64,000 nt of DNA, taken from positions 17,442 through 81,441 of the forward strand of contig CASFXY010000006.1 of NCBI GenBank assembly GCA_949298805.1, read 5' to 3'. The notes under the pieces are model-generated. The model ran no database searches. It was not told the origin of the DNA and worked only from the letters and a program-made list of their open reading frames with translations. Position numbers and translations under genes: made by a program. This DNA is from an uncultured bacterium. GTDB lineage: Bacteria > Cyanobacteriota > Vampirovibrionia > Gastranaerophilales > Gastranaerophilaceae. This document shows, in pieces, positions 1 to 9,942 of this stretch (the first letter of the stretch is position 1; each line of letters opens with the position of its first letter).

Positions 1-50
1 TTATATAAAAAATATATATTTTAAAAAATTGCTGTTTTTCATAAATTTAT

Positions 51-69
51 GTTAATATTTCTTAATAAA
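51..69 (+). promoter_or_regulatory. Copy A of the recurrent intergenic motif (GTTAATATTTCTTAATAAA). It has two CTTAATA-like heptads with a 10-nt period. Function unknown.
   Basis: Read directly. Nt 52-69 are identical to nt 37632-37649. It lies 89 nt upstream of the ATG at 158. Confidence 0.5.
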
Positions 70-157
70 AAGCCTAATAAGTTAGTTGGGTAGTAGCAAA
101 ATATTTTATTTTCATGTTTTATGTTTTTAGTGTTGTATATATTAGTAGGGGAAATAA

Positions 158-1633
158 ATGAAAATCGGCGCCATAGGTAGTTATCACAAATCGGTTAATT
201 TCGGCAGAAGTTTGCATAAGGATGAAATGGCGTTAGCATATAAGGCTGCACAGGATGCAAGAACTTTAATGGGTGCTCAGGATGGCAACGGTGTGTTACT
301 TTTACCTTCGGAAAGGCTGCCAAAACCTGAGGAAAGTAATTTTAAAGAGCAGTTAAGCAAGTTTTTTGATGCAGTTAAAAAACTTTTGGGTATAAATTCG
401 GTTGAAATTGCAGGAAAAACAGATAAAACGGTTGAAGGCTCTATTGAAACAGCATTAAAGGAAAACGGCTTAAAGAAGTTTGTCAGATTTACGCTTACTG
501 ATAATACCGATGAACTTGCAAAGGCGGCGGAAGAAGTTGCCAAGAGTGCCGATGGTATCAGAGTTGTTGCAGATAATACGGATATAACCGCTCAAAGTAT
601 TAAAATAATTGAAGAAGCATTTAAAAAGGTTAAGGGTGAAAAATTTGACCCCAGTATGATTGTTTATGAACATGGCGGGAAGGCTTATGATTGGGGTTCT
701 TCAAAAATTTCAGGTATTTTTGACGGTAAAGTTATTGTGGGCTCAAGTCATTACTTAAATGATAATGACGGACTTTGGGGGTCTACCAGTTTCTTTACTG
801 ACAGAATGAAAGCCAAACAGGGAAGTTTTATCCATGGTTTAAGAAATGCTGCAGATGGTAGTCTTGAGGCTCAAATGGGTGATGAAAATCAGATTAAAGC
901 TGCGCAGCGTTTGCTTGAAACAGAATTAAAGCTGCAAGATGATGAGATATTAAATCCTGCAAGATTTGCTGCGGCAAAACGTGCTGATGTGGTATTGTCT
1001 AAACATTTTTACAAACATTTCGATGATTTATTCCCCGGAGTCAGCGCTGATGTAGCCGGTTTTGAAAAAGCTTATCAAGAAGCACTGCAAAGCGGAATTG
1101 GTGATAATTATTTTGATTCTCTTGCAAAAGCAATGAAAGCATTGGGTTTGGATGAAAAGTCCCCTGAAGTTTATGAGTCTGTTTGCAGATATAGAAATGC
1201 ATTATTTGCGAGTGGTGCAAAAACGCTTGAAGATTTAGCGCAAATGAGTGCGCAAGAAATTGAAGCCACATATAAAGATACTTCAAATATAGTGTTGCAA
1301 GGTATTGAAGCTAAAAAAGCCGCACTTGAAGCTGCTAAGGCTGAAGCTGAAAGAAAAGCCCAAGAGGAAGCAAAAAAACTCAAAGAGTTGAAAGAATTTT
1401 TAAAAACTCAAGAAAATATTGAAGCGCAAGCACCGCAAATACGTGAGAGTATGAAGCCTCTTGATATTTCATATTTTGATAAATTTATAAACTACGTAAG
1501 GCTGCATAAAATACAATTTATTCTTGCCGGTGCAGCAATAGCACTTGCAGCAGTGGGCGGAACTATGTACTCTTACGGTAAAGAAATATCCAAGAAATCT
1601 GAAGATGCAAAACCAAAATCAGATTTGTTTTAA
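158..1633 (+). CDS. Hypothetical tail-anchored membrane protein with a coiled-coil segment
   Basis: 491-aa ORF with an AGGGGA Shine-Dalgarno just upstream. It has an Ala/Glu/Lys-rich coiled coil (AKKAALEAAKAEAERKAQEEAKKLKELKEF) and a single C-terminal hydrophobic helix (FILAGAAIALAAVGGTMY). No family recognised. Confidence 0.6.
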   Translation: MKIGAIGSYHKSVNFGRSLHKDEMALAYKAAQDARTLMGAQDGNGVLLLPSERLPKPEESNFKEQLSKFFDAVKKLLGINSVEIAGKTDKTVEGSIETALKENGLKKFVRFTLTDNTDELAKAAEEVAKSADGIRVVADNTDITAQSIKIIEEAFKKVKGEKFDPSMIVYEHGGKAYDWGSSKISGIFDGKVIVGSSHYLNDNDGLWGSTSFFTDRMKAKQGSFIHGLRNAADGSLEAQMGDENQIKAAQRLLETELKLQDDEILNPARFAAAKRADVVLSKHFYKHFDDLFPGVSADVAGFEKAYQEALQSGIGDNYFDSLAKAMKALGLDEKSPEVYESVCRYRNALFASGAKTLEDLAQMSAQEIEATYKDTSNIVLQGIEAKKAALEAAKAEAERKAQEEAKKLKELKEFLKTQENIEAQAPQIRESMKPLDISYFDKFINYVRLHKIQFILAGAAIALAAVGGTMYSYGKEISKKSEDAKPKSDLF

Positions 1634-2571
1634 ATAAAATAATTTAAAATTTGTTTGGAATAAAACATGGCTATTAGTGCGCTGATAACAAGTGCAGGAC
1701 CGTATGGCATATAATAAAAATCGCCTTGAGTTTTGTTTTTCATATTTCTAATAATAATAAACAGACAAAAAATTAATATTAAACACAAGATTGCAAGATA
1801 TGCAAAATAATATGTAAGTTCAGGCGTTATGAGCTTAATTGAGGCTAAACTCAAAATTGTGAGGATAATTGCGCTTGCGCATTGGTAATTCCTGTTTTTT
1901 ATGTATTTTAAAAATAGTACGGGTAATGCAAAAACAGCTTGCATAATCATGCTTATAAATACTGTTAAAATTAAGATTTTCCAACCGAGTAGTGAACCTA
2001 TGCCCATTGCTATAAGCGTATCACCTTCGCCAAAAGCTCTTGTTTTAACAGTTATTGTTCCAATTCCTGCCATAATTTCAAATATAAAATAGCCTGCCGC
2101 TATACCTAAAATGCTTTCAAAAATGCTTATTGAACCAAGATGCAAGGCATTATATAATAGCCCCAAGAATATGAGTATGTATGTATGGAAATCAATTATA
2201 ACCTGTTCTTTAAAGTCTGTTATGCAAATGAGGATAAATATTGACGAAATAATACACAAAAGAATTGTTTTAAGGCTTAAACCATAGTTTAAAAACATTA
2301 TTAAATATAATACGGTATTAGAAATTTCAACAATAGGGTATTGTATGGAAATTGGTTTTTTACAAAATTGACATTTGCCAAGTAAAAAAATGTATGAAAT
2401 AACCGGAATATTTGTATACCAGTTAAGCTTTTTGCCACATTTTGGGCATTTTGAAGGCGGGAATACAATACTTTCTCCGCTTAAACCCCTGAGAGCAACA
2501 ACATTTAAGAAACTGCCTATACTAAGTCCGATTAGTATTACAAAAAAAGCGAAAAATGCCTCAATGTTCAT
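1630..2571 (-). CDS. pilD: Type IV prepilin peptidase (A24 family)
   Basis: Two Cys pairs (CPKCGKKL ... GKCQFCKKPI), a polytopic membrane profile and the Asp motifs ITDF and FGEGDTLIAMGIG. Confidence 0.85.
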   Translation of the reverse strand: MNIEAFFAFFVILIGLSIGSFLNVVALRGLSGESIVFPPSKCPKCGKKLNWYTNIPVISYIFLLGKCQFCKKPISIQYPIVEISNTVLYLIMFLNYGLSLKTILLCIISSIFILICITDFKEQVIIDFHTYILIFLGLLYNALHLGSISIFESILGIAAGYFIFEIMAGIGTITVKTRAFGEGDTLIAMGIGSLLGWKILILTVFISMIMQAVFALPVLFLKYIKNRNYQCASAIILTILSLASIKLITPELTYYFAYLAILCLILIFCLFIIIRNMKNKTQGDFYYMPYGPALVISALIAMFYSKQILNYFI

Positions 2572-3379
2572 ATTTATGCATGCCTTTTTTTGTAATTAAG
2601 TTAAAAAGTTTATCAAGAGCTTTTTTTAATTTCCTTGAAACTTGCATTTGCGACATATCTAATTTTTGAGAAATTTCCCTTTGATTTAAACCTTCAAAAT
2701 AATTTAGAATAATAAGCTGTTGTTCGTCATAGTCAAGTTTTTTTATTGCTTCATTAAGTATAAGACGATTTTCAAATCCGGCAAGAATGTCTTTTTGACT
2801 TTCATCAATTAATCTATCGCCAAGTGTTGATGTGCCGTTTTCTTCATTTCCTAAAATCTGATCTATTGAAATTGCTGTTGTGCGCCTATCAAGCTCAAAA
2901 ACTTCTTCAATTTTCTTTTCACTCATTTGAAGTGCTTGAGCAAGTTCTTTGTCGGATGGAGTTGTACCTAATTTTTCGGTTAATTCCATGGTTATTTTAT
3001 GTACGCGATAAGAGAGCTCTTTAATTTCTCTTGGCGCACGAATAATTGTGCTTTTATCTCTTAAATAGTGTCGTATTTCTCCCGTAATGAGGTATGTTGC
3101 GTATGTTTTAAAATTCGAGCTTATTTCAGGTTTAAATAAATCAATTGATTTAATAAGCCCCAAGGCACCAACTTGTGTGATATCTTCAATAGGGTCGGTA
3201 GAACGTCTTGCCAATGAACGTGCAACTTTTTTGACAAGGGGCATATATGCAAGAACTATAAGTTCGCGAAGATGTTTTTTTGTGGCTTCATCTTGTGTGG
3301 CTTTGTATTCTTCCAGCCACTGCGAAACTCTATTTTCAGGATCAATTATATCGTTAGTATTTAAAAATTCTTGTGCCAT
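2561..3379 (-). CDS. RNA polymerase sigma factor, SigB/SigF/SigG-like (group 3)
   Basis: Region 2 reads TYATYLITGEIRHYLRD. The region 4 HTH reads REISQKLDMSQMQVSRKLKKAL. Its stop overlaps the pilD start by 11 nt. Confidence 0.85.
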   Translation of the reverse strand: MAQEFLNTNDIIDPENRVSQWLEEYKATQDEATKKHLRELIVLAYMPLVKKVARSLARRSTDPIEDITQVGALGLIKSIDLFKPEISSNFKTYATYLITGEIRHYLRDKSTIIRAPREIKELSYRVHKITMELTEKLGTTPSDKELAQALQMSEKKIEEVFELDRRTTAISIDQILGNEENGTSTLGDRLIDESQKDILAGFENRLILNEAIKKLDYDEQQLIILNYFEGLNQREISQKLDMSQMQVSRKLKKALDKLFNLITKKGMHKYEH

Positions 3380-3392
3380 AAATAGTTTCCAC

Positions 3393-4946
3393 TTATTTTT
3401 TTACTGCAAATTCCGAATCCAGTCTTAAAAATACAGGTTCAATTTCTGATTTTTCAATAAGTTTTCCTGATTTTATCATTTTAGGAGTTAAGTCATCAAG
3501 CTTTATATTTGTATTTATTTTTAACTGGCGTGCCATATTGGCGGCAATGCTCGGACAATACGGATATATAAGTATTGCTACTTTGCACATTAAATCAAAT
3601 ATTGAATATAAGACTTTGCCGCATTCGCACATTTTGCCTTCTTTTGCAAGTGTCCAAGGGGCATTATCATTAACAAATTTGTTTGCTTCGTCAACAAGTG
3701 AAATTATTTCTCCTGCTGCTTCTGCCAGTTCTACTTTGTCAAAACAGTCTTTCACTTTTTGGATTGTTGACATGGAGGCATTTGTAAGGGCATTTTCACA
3801 AATATGTTCTTCCAAGATATTTCCATCAAAATATTTGCAAAGCATATTTAACGAACGGTTTAAAAGATTGCCCATATTATTTGCCAAATCTGCATTTACG
3901 CGTTCTTTAAAATCCTCATCCGAGTAATTTCCATCTTTGCCGGATGGTGCGCTTACGCACATAAAATAACGAAAAGCATCGGGCTCTTTTAAATCAAAAG
4001 CATCCATCACTGTTTTAGGGGAAATTACATTACCTGTTGATTTCGACATTTTATTTTTGTCAATTGTTATCCATCCATGGGCATAAATTGTTTTTGGCAA
4101 TTCAACTTCAAGTGCCATAAGTATTGCAATCCAATAAATAGAGTGAAATTTTAATATATCTTTTCCGATTATTTGAAAATCTGCAGGCCAGAAATTATTA
4201 AATTTTTCATTATTTTCTCCATTTGGATTATAACCCAAAGCTGTAATATAGTTGCTAAGAGCATCAATCCAAACGTAAATTACCTGAGTAGAATCGGATT
4301 TAACCTCAATACCCCAATTTACATTTGTTTTTGCACGCGAAACCGAAATGTCCTCAATATTTTCAAGTTGATTTAAAACTTCATTTGCCCTGAAAGAAGG
4401 CATTATAAAATCGGGATTATCTTTAATATGTTTGATTATTGCATCTTTGTATTTTGTTAGTTTAAAGAAATAATTTTCTTCGCTTACAAGTTCGGGTTTT
4501 TTGCCATGAATAGGGCAGTTGCCGTTTTCATCAAGGTCTTTTGGATTCAGAAAACTTTCGCAACCGCTGCAATACAGTCCTTCATATTTGTGTTTGTATA
4601 TGTCACCTTTTTTAAGAAGTTTTTCAAAGATATCTTGGACAATTTTTGTATGTTCAACATCTGTTGTTCTGATAAACTTGTCATAATTTATATTTAAAAG
4701 TGCCCAATTGTCTTTAAATTTTTGAGAATTTTCATCGCACAATTCTTTTGGTGTAATGCCTAAGGCAGCAGCAGTTTTTTGTATCTTTATGCCATGTTCA
4801 TCAGTTCCTGTTAGAAAGAAAGTATTGTCTGTTCTTTGTTTAAAATGTCTATAAAGTACATCAGTTAATATTTTTTCAAATGCATGACCTATGTGCGGTG
4901 CGCCGTTCACATAATCTATTGCAGTTGTTACCATAAATTTATTCAT
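3393..4946 (-). CDS. metG: Methionine--tRNA ligase, short form without a C-terminal tRNA-binding appendix
   Basis: HIGH motif (APHIGHAFE), KMSKS motif (NKMSKSTGN) and a Zn-knuckle (CSGCESF...CPIHG). Confidence 0.95.
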   Translation of the reverse strand: MNKFMVTTAIDYVNGAPHIGHAFEKILTDVLYRHFKQRTDNTFFLTGTDEHGIKIQKTAAALGITPKELCDENSQKFKDNWALLNINYDKFIRTTDVEHTKIVQDIFEKLLKKGDIYKHKYEGLYCSGCESFLNPKDLDENGNCPIHGKKPELVSEENYFFKLTKYKDAIIKHIKDNPDFIMPSFRANEVLNQLENIEDISVSRAKTNVNWGIEVKSDSTQVIYVWIDALSNYITALGYNPNGENNEKFNNFWPADFQIIGKDILKFHSIYWIAILMALEVELPKTIYAHGWITIDKNKMSKSTGNVISPKTVMDAFDLKEPDAFRYFMCVSAPSGKDGNYSDEDFKERVNADLANNMGNLLNRSLNMLCKYFDGNILEEHICENALTNASMSTIQKVKDCFDKVELAEAAGEIISLVDEANKFVNDNAPWTLAKEGKMCECGKVLYSIFDLMCKVAILIYPYCPSIAANMARQLKINTNIKLDDLTPKMIKSGKLIEKSEIEPVFLRLDSEFAVKK

Positions 4947-4989
4947 TTGTTTTATTCCTGTTCTCTCCGGTAAAATTATACAATGAACA

Positions 4990-6294
4990 TTAAAGTGCGT
5001 AAATAAGCTCTTTTAAAGCCGGTTTTGTTGAACTTATCTTTATTGCTTGTTTGGCAGATTTTATTGCCTCGTTAAGTTTTTCATCCTCTATATTGTTATA
5101 AAATAATGTAGCGACCGTTTCGCCTGCAATTATTTTATCTTGGATTTTTTTGTTTAAAATGCAGCCTGCGCTGTAATCTATTTTATCAGTTTTTTTATCT
5201 CTGCCTGCACCTAAAAGTTTACAGGCGCGAGCAATTTTAAGCGCATCAAGTTCTTCGATATAACCATCGCTTTCAGCTTTTATTTCATAAGAATTGTTTG
5301 CCTTTTTAAACATGCTGTAGTCATTGATTATATCAGGATTTGCACCTTGATAAGAAATAATTTTTTGAAATGTTTTGAGAGCAAGTCCTGATTTTATACT
5401 CTCATCAATTTTTTGTTTTGCTTCTTCTTTGTTTTTACAAAAACCGCCTGCCATAAGGGTTTTTGTGACAATTTCCAGTGTTACTTCATAAAGGTCTTTT
5501 TGATAATTTCCTTTTAAAAACTCTATGCTTTCAATAATTTCAAGACTGTTTCCTATATGCGTGCCTAAAGGTTGTTCCATTGAACTTATTATCGCCGATA
5601 TTTTTCTGCCCAACAGTGCACCTGTTTCAATCATAAGGTGTGCAAGTTCCGTTGCTTCTTCCTTTGTTTTAATAAAAGCACCCGAGCCGTATTTTACATC
5701 CAGCACAATTGAATTGGCACCGCTTGCAATTTTTTTGGACACAACAGAGGCGCAGATTAATGATTTATTATCTACTGTTGCCGTTACATCGCGAAGTGCA
5801 TATATTTTCCCGTCAGCAGGAGTTAAGTTTGGACTTTGAGAGGATATAGCGGCATTTATTTCTTTAATTTGTTTCATAAATTCATCTTTTGACATTTCGC
5901 ATTTAAAATTTGGTATTGATTCAAGCTTATCAACGGTTCCGCCGGTGTAGCCCAAACCTCTGCCCGATAGTTTTGCACATGTTATGCCAAGGCTTGCCAA
6001 AAGGGGTATAAGAACAATTGTTACCTTATCTCCAACTCCGCCAGTTGAGTGTTTATCTGCTACAAAATTACTGATATGAGAAAAGTCAAGCACTTCCCCC
6101 GAGTCTACAAAAGCTTGTGTCATCCAAGCGGTTTCGTCTTTGTCTAAGCCGCAAAAACAAACTGCCATAAGCCAAGCCGACATTTGATAATCCTCAATAA
6201 TGCCTTTTGTATAACCATCTACAAGGAAGTATATTTCTTCTTTTGTATGTTTTTTGCCTTCTTTTTTCTTTTGTATTAAGTCAACTGCTCTCAT
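4990..6294 (-). CDS. pdp: Pyrimidine-nucleoside (thymidine) phosphorylase
   Basis: Motifs HSTGGVGDK and SGRGLGYTGGTVDKLE. Length is 434 aa. Confidence 0.9.
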   Translation of the reverse strand: MRAVDLIQKKKEGKKHTKEEIYFLVDGYTKGIIEDYQMSAWLMAVCFCGLDKDETAWMTQAFVDSGEVLDFSHISNFVADKHSTGGVGDKVTIVLIPLLASLGITCAKLSGRGLGYTGGTVDKLESIPNFKCEMSKDEFMKQIKEINAAISSQSPNLTPADGKIYALRDVTATVDNKSLICASVVSKKIASGANSIVLDVKYGSGAFIKTKEEATELAHLMIETGALLGRKISAIISSMEQPLGTHIGNSLEIIESIEFLKGNYQKDLYEVTLEIVTKTLMAGGFCKNKEEAKQKIDESIKSGLALKTFQKIISYQGANPDIINDYSMFKKANNSYEIKAESDGYIEELDALKIARACKLLGAGRDKKTDKIDYSAGCILNKKIQDKIIAGETVATLFYNNIEDEKLNEAIKSAKQAIKISSTKPALKELIYAL

Positions 6295-6302
6295 ATTTTC
6301 TC

Positions 6303-6719
6303 CTATTTATGATAGGGCTCATTATTTAGAATTTTATATGCTCTGTAGATTTGTTCAATTAAGATAAAAGTTGCTTCCTGATGAAGGAAAGTAAGTTTTG
6401 ACATTGAAAATTTAAAATTTGACATTTTTTTGACTTCTTCGCTAAGTCCTGTTGCGCCTCCAATTAAAAAAATAATTTCGTTTGTATTGCCCGATGTCTC
6501 TACTTCTCTTAATTTATGAGCAAATTCCAAGCTTGATAACATTTTACCTTCTATTTCAAGTGTGACAATATATGCATTTGATTTATTTTTTAAAAATTCA
6601 AAAATATTTGCAGTTTCAATAATTTCTACTTTTCCAAGCAGTCTTTTTTTAAATTCGTCAACTCCTGATTTAAAGTAAGGTTCTTTTATTTTTCCTTCAA
6701 GAACAATTTTTATATTCAT
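6303..6719 (-). CDS. rlmH: 23S rRNA (pseudouridine1915-N3)-methyltransferase RlmH (SPOUT)
   Basis: 138 aa, with IGGATGLSEEV and a C-terminal NEPYHK. Its ATG overlaps the upstream gene's stop (TAATG). Confidence 0.8.
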   Translation of the reverse strand: MNIKIVLEGKIKEPYFKSGVDEFKKRLLGKVEIIETANIFEFLKNKSNAYIVTLEIEGKMLSSLEFAHKLREVETSGNTNEIIFLIGGATGLSEEVKKMSNFKFSMSKLTFLHQEATFILIEQIYRAYKILNNEPYHK

Positions 6720-8041
6720 TAAACTATTTCTTTGTAACCGTCGGGATTATTTAATAAATCATAGTTAATTTCATTTTCATTGTCTGCTATAATTGCTGCA
6801 ATAACTGCATCAGATGCCACATTAACCGTTGAACGAAGCATATCTGCAAGTCTTTCAAACGCGAACAGGAATGAAAAACCTACAACAAGCTGCTCAGGTG
6901 TTAAACCTATTCCGTTGAGAACAAGCGCTATTGTAATTAATCCCGCACCGGGGATTCCTGCAGATGTAGAAGATGCTATCATTGCAAGTATTGCTATTTG
7001 CACAACAAGACCCACGGTTAATTCTATGCCGTAAGCCTGTGTTAAAAATATGACGGCAACTGTTTGCACCAATGCTGTTCCATCCATATTAAGAGTAGCA
7101 CCCAGCGGCAACACAAAAGAGCAAATTTTGTTTGAAATACCTCTTTTTTCGCAGCAAGTTATAGTTAAAGGCAAGGTTGCCGAGCTTGATGCTGTCCCAA
7201 AAGCTACCATTATTGCCTCTGTTATTGCTGTATATAGTTTTCCTACCGGAACTTTAGAAAATATTTTCATTAAAAGCGGATAGACAACAAAAAATTGAAT
7301 AGCTAACCCTAAGCATATTACAAAAAAGTATTTCCAAACTTCAGAGAACATTTGCATACCGAAACTTGAAACAGAACTTGCCGTAAGAGCAAAAATACCT
7401 GGGGCTGCAAGAAACATAATCCAATCAGTTACTTTCATTGTTGCCGCAAATATGCTTTCAAAGAAAGACACAACCGGTCTGTTTATTTCACCGACTTTGG
7501 CGAGTGCTATAGCAAATGTGAGTATGAAAATTATAATAGGTATCATTTGCCCGTTTGAAAGCGAGCTAAAAAGGTTTGAAGGTATCATATTTAAAATCAT
7601 ACCTGTCATATTGCTTTTTTGTTCTGCTATTGCGCCTGCCACATAGCCTTGTAATTGTTGTGCAACTTCGGGATTAATAAAATTTTGTGCGCCCAAGCCC
7701 GGTTTAAATATTAAAGCAAGTACAGCACCAATTGTTACTGCAACAAGCGTAACAATAAAATAATAAAATATCATTTTTTTACCGAATTTAGCAAGTTGCT
7801 TGTTATCACCAATATTTGAAACCCCAATAATAATTGCACTTATTACAAGTGGTATGACAACCATTTGAATAATGTTTATAAAACCTTGTCCAATAAAATT
7901 TAATACCTTATGTATCATAGGATAGCTTGCACTTGGGAATAAAACACCCACAACAATACCTGCTACAAGTCCGAAAAATATATGCCAATTTCTTTTTATG
8001 CCAAGAAGAATTGCTATTAAAATTTGCATGTGTATTCCCAT
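6719..8041 (-). CDS. Dicarboxylate/amino acid:cation symporter (DAACS/GltP family)
   Basis: Polytopic membrane protein with SSSATLP and NMDGTAL motifs. The start may be the internal Met 4 codons downstream (MQILIA). Confidence 0.85.
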   Translation of the reverse strand: MGIHMQILIAILLGIKRNWHIFFGLVAGIVVGVLFPSASYPMIHKVLNFIGQGFINIIQMVVIPLVISAIIIGVSNIGDNKQLAKFGKKMIFYYFIVTLVAVTIGAVLALIFKPGLGAQNFINPEVAQQLQGYVAGAIAEQKSNMTGMILNMIPSNLFSSLSNGQMIPIIIFILTFAIALAKVGEINRPVVSFFESIFAATMKVTDWIMFLAAPGIFALTASSVSSFGMQMFSEVWKYFFVICLGLAIQFFVVYPLLMKIFSKVPVGKLYTAITEAIMVAFGTASSSATLPLTITCCEKRGISNKICSFVLPLGATLNMDGTALVQTVAVIFLTQAYGIELTVGLVVQIAILAMIASSTSAGIPGAGLITIALVLNGIGLTPEQLVVGFSFLFAFERLADMLRSTVNVASDAVIAAIIADNENEINYDLLNNPDGYKEIV

Positions 8042-8272
8042 TGTTATTAATCCTTATCCGCTATTTTTGACATTAAATTAATATTACAACTATTTTCCGA
8101 CTCTGACAATACATGTTATGCTGTACTTTTGTTTTGCTAAAATTTTGGAGTACATTTTAAAATTTCAACCGTTTAGATGATTTATGTCATCTATAAATAA
8201 AGCAAAATCAATTTAACCCGTTAAAATTTTTAAGTAATTGTATTTTTATTTAAGGACCCAAGGGAACATAAT

Positions 8273-9931
8273 ATGTTCAAACAGAAAGCTTCGGATAATA
8301 TAAATAAAGGTTCAAAAAAAGAGCCGGATAATTCCATGCAGCTTGCACAAGCTGCTCATCAAAGATATCTTTTACACTCCTCAGCCGAAGATTTAACTGT
8401 TGCGATAAATTATTATATAGAAGCTTTAAAAAATAACCCTGATACACCAAGTGCTTATTTTAGATTGGCAAGTCTATTGCATGATAATGGGCAAATAGGC
8501 ATTGAATCAGCTATAGAGCAGTGCAGAAAAGCAGTTGAAATTGATGCTTGCAATCCTAATGCACACATGTACTTAGGTTATTTTCTCTCATTAAAAGGTG
8601 ATTTTGAGGAGGCAAAAGAACAATTTAAGGCGGCGATTAAACTCAATCCTTTGAAATCATCAAGGACAAGACTTGTTCTTGCTTTGACATTATTGGAGAA
8701 AGGCAGAACAAATAAAAATTCAGTTTCAGATTTTTCATCAGCTCTTTATTATATTTTTTCAGGTTCACTTTTATTCTTTTTTGATAAAGCAAATCTGAAA
8801 ATGTTTTTTAAGAATATTCTTGATGATATTAGTTTTGTAAAATATCGTGCTTTTGGAGAAATTTTAGAAAAGACAAATCAGGATAAAAATGCATATAATT
8901 TATATGCAGATGCTTTAGACAAAACAAGAAACAAATCTGTATTTTATGAAAGAATGGCTCAAATAGCCAAAAAGAAAAAACGCTATGATGTTGCTCTTGA
9001 ATGTTATCAAAATTCTGTTGCAATTTCTAATTCGAACCCCATGAGAGTTGTTAGTGCAATTGAATTTGTAGAGGAGTTTTATCCTGAAAAAACAGATGAG
9101 CTTATTGACTTATACACTGTTTTAACCGCTCAAAATCCTAATTTACCAAGATGTTATTACGAGCTTGGTCATTTATATCTTAAAAAAGAGGATAAATTTA
9201 ATGCGGTTAATGCTTTTAAACTTGCACTTCAATATGATAATGACAATCCTTTTTATTTGAATGCGTTGGCTTTTGCTTATGTTCAGCTTGAGCAGTATGA
9301 CAGTGCAATTGAGTTGTATCAAAAGGCATTAAGTATAAATCCTGACAATGAATGGTCAGCTGTTGTGGCACAAGCTCTTGCCGCTATTTATCATCAAATA
9401 AAAGGTAACTCGGATGCTGCAATTTCGATGTTGCAAAATGCTTTACTTTTAACTAAAGACAAGTCACAAATTTATCAAGCTATTGCTGATATTTACTATG
9501 ATATAGAAGATTTAGACAAGGCTATTGAATATTACAATTCTTCTCTTGACGGTGATTGTAATAATCCCAAGGCATATTCTCGTCTTGCAATGGCATATTG
9601 GGAAAAAGATTATATAGAAAAAGCAATCATATATTATTCAAAAGCAATAGATTTAAATCCTGAATATGATATTGCTTATAATAATTTAGGTGTAATATTT
9701 TTGGACGGGTTAGGCGATCCTAAACGTGCGCTTTCTTATTTTGAAAATGCGGTTGATATTAACCCAAATTATGTGCTTGCCCATTTTAATATTGGTCGGG
9801 CTTATGAGGTTATGGGGCAAAAAATTGATGCCGCAAAAAATTATCAGGTTGCCTTGAATTTAAATAAAATTAATCCGGAAGTTGAATCCCAGATGATTGA
9901 AGATATGTTGTTTAAGCTTTTTGAAGCATAA
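8273..9931 (+). CDS. TPR repeat protein
   Basis: Many 34-aa repeats with the A..Y..AL..NP pattern (e.g. AIELYQKALSINPDN, AIIYYSKAIDLNPEY, ALSYFENAVDINPNY). Confidence 0.8.
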   Translation: MFKQKASDNINKGSKKEPDNSMQLAQAAHQRYLLHSSAEDLTVAINYYIEALKNNPDTPSAYFRLASLLHDNGQIGIESAIEQCRKAVEIDACNPNAHMYLGYFLSLKGDFEEAKEQFKAAIKLNPLKSSRTRLVLALTLLEKGRTNKNSVSDFSSALYYIFSGSLLFFFDKANLKMFFKNILDDISFVKYRAFGEILEKTNQDKNAYNLYADALDKTRNKSVFYERMAQIAKKKKRYDVALECYQNSVAISNSNPMRVVSAIEFVEEFYPEKTDELIDLYTVLTAQNPNLPRCYYELGHLYLKKEDKFNAVNAFKLALQYDNDNPFYLNALAFAYVQLEQYDSAIELYQKALSINPDNEWSAVVAQALAAIYHQIKGNSDAAISMLQNALLLTKDKSQIYQAIADIYYDIEDLDKAIEYYNSSLDGDCNNPKAYSRLAMAYWEKDYIEKAIIYYSKAIDLNPEYDIAYNNLGVIFLDGLGDPKRALSYFENAVDINPNYVLAHFNIGRAYEVMGQKIDAAKNYQVALNLNKINPEVESQMIEDMLFKLFEA

Positions 9932-9942
9932 TAAAAATACTT

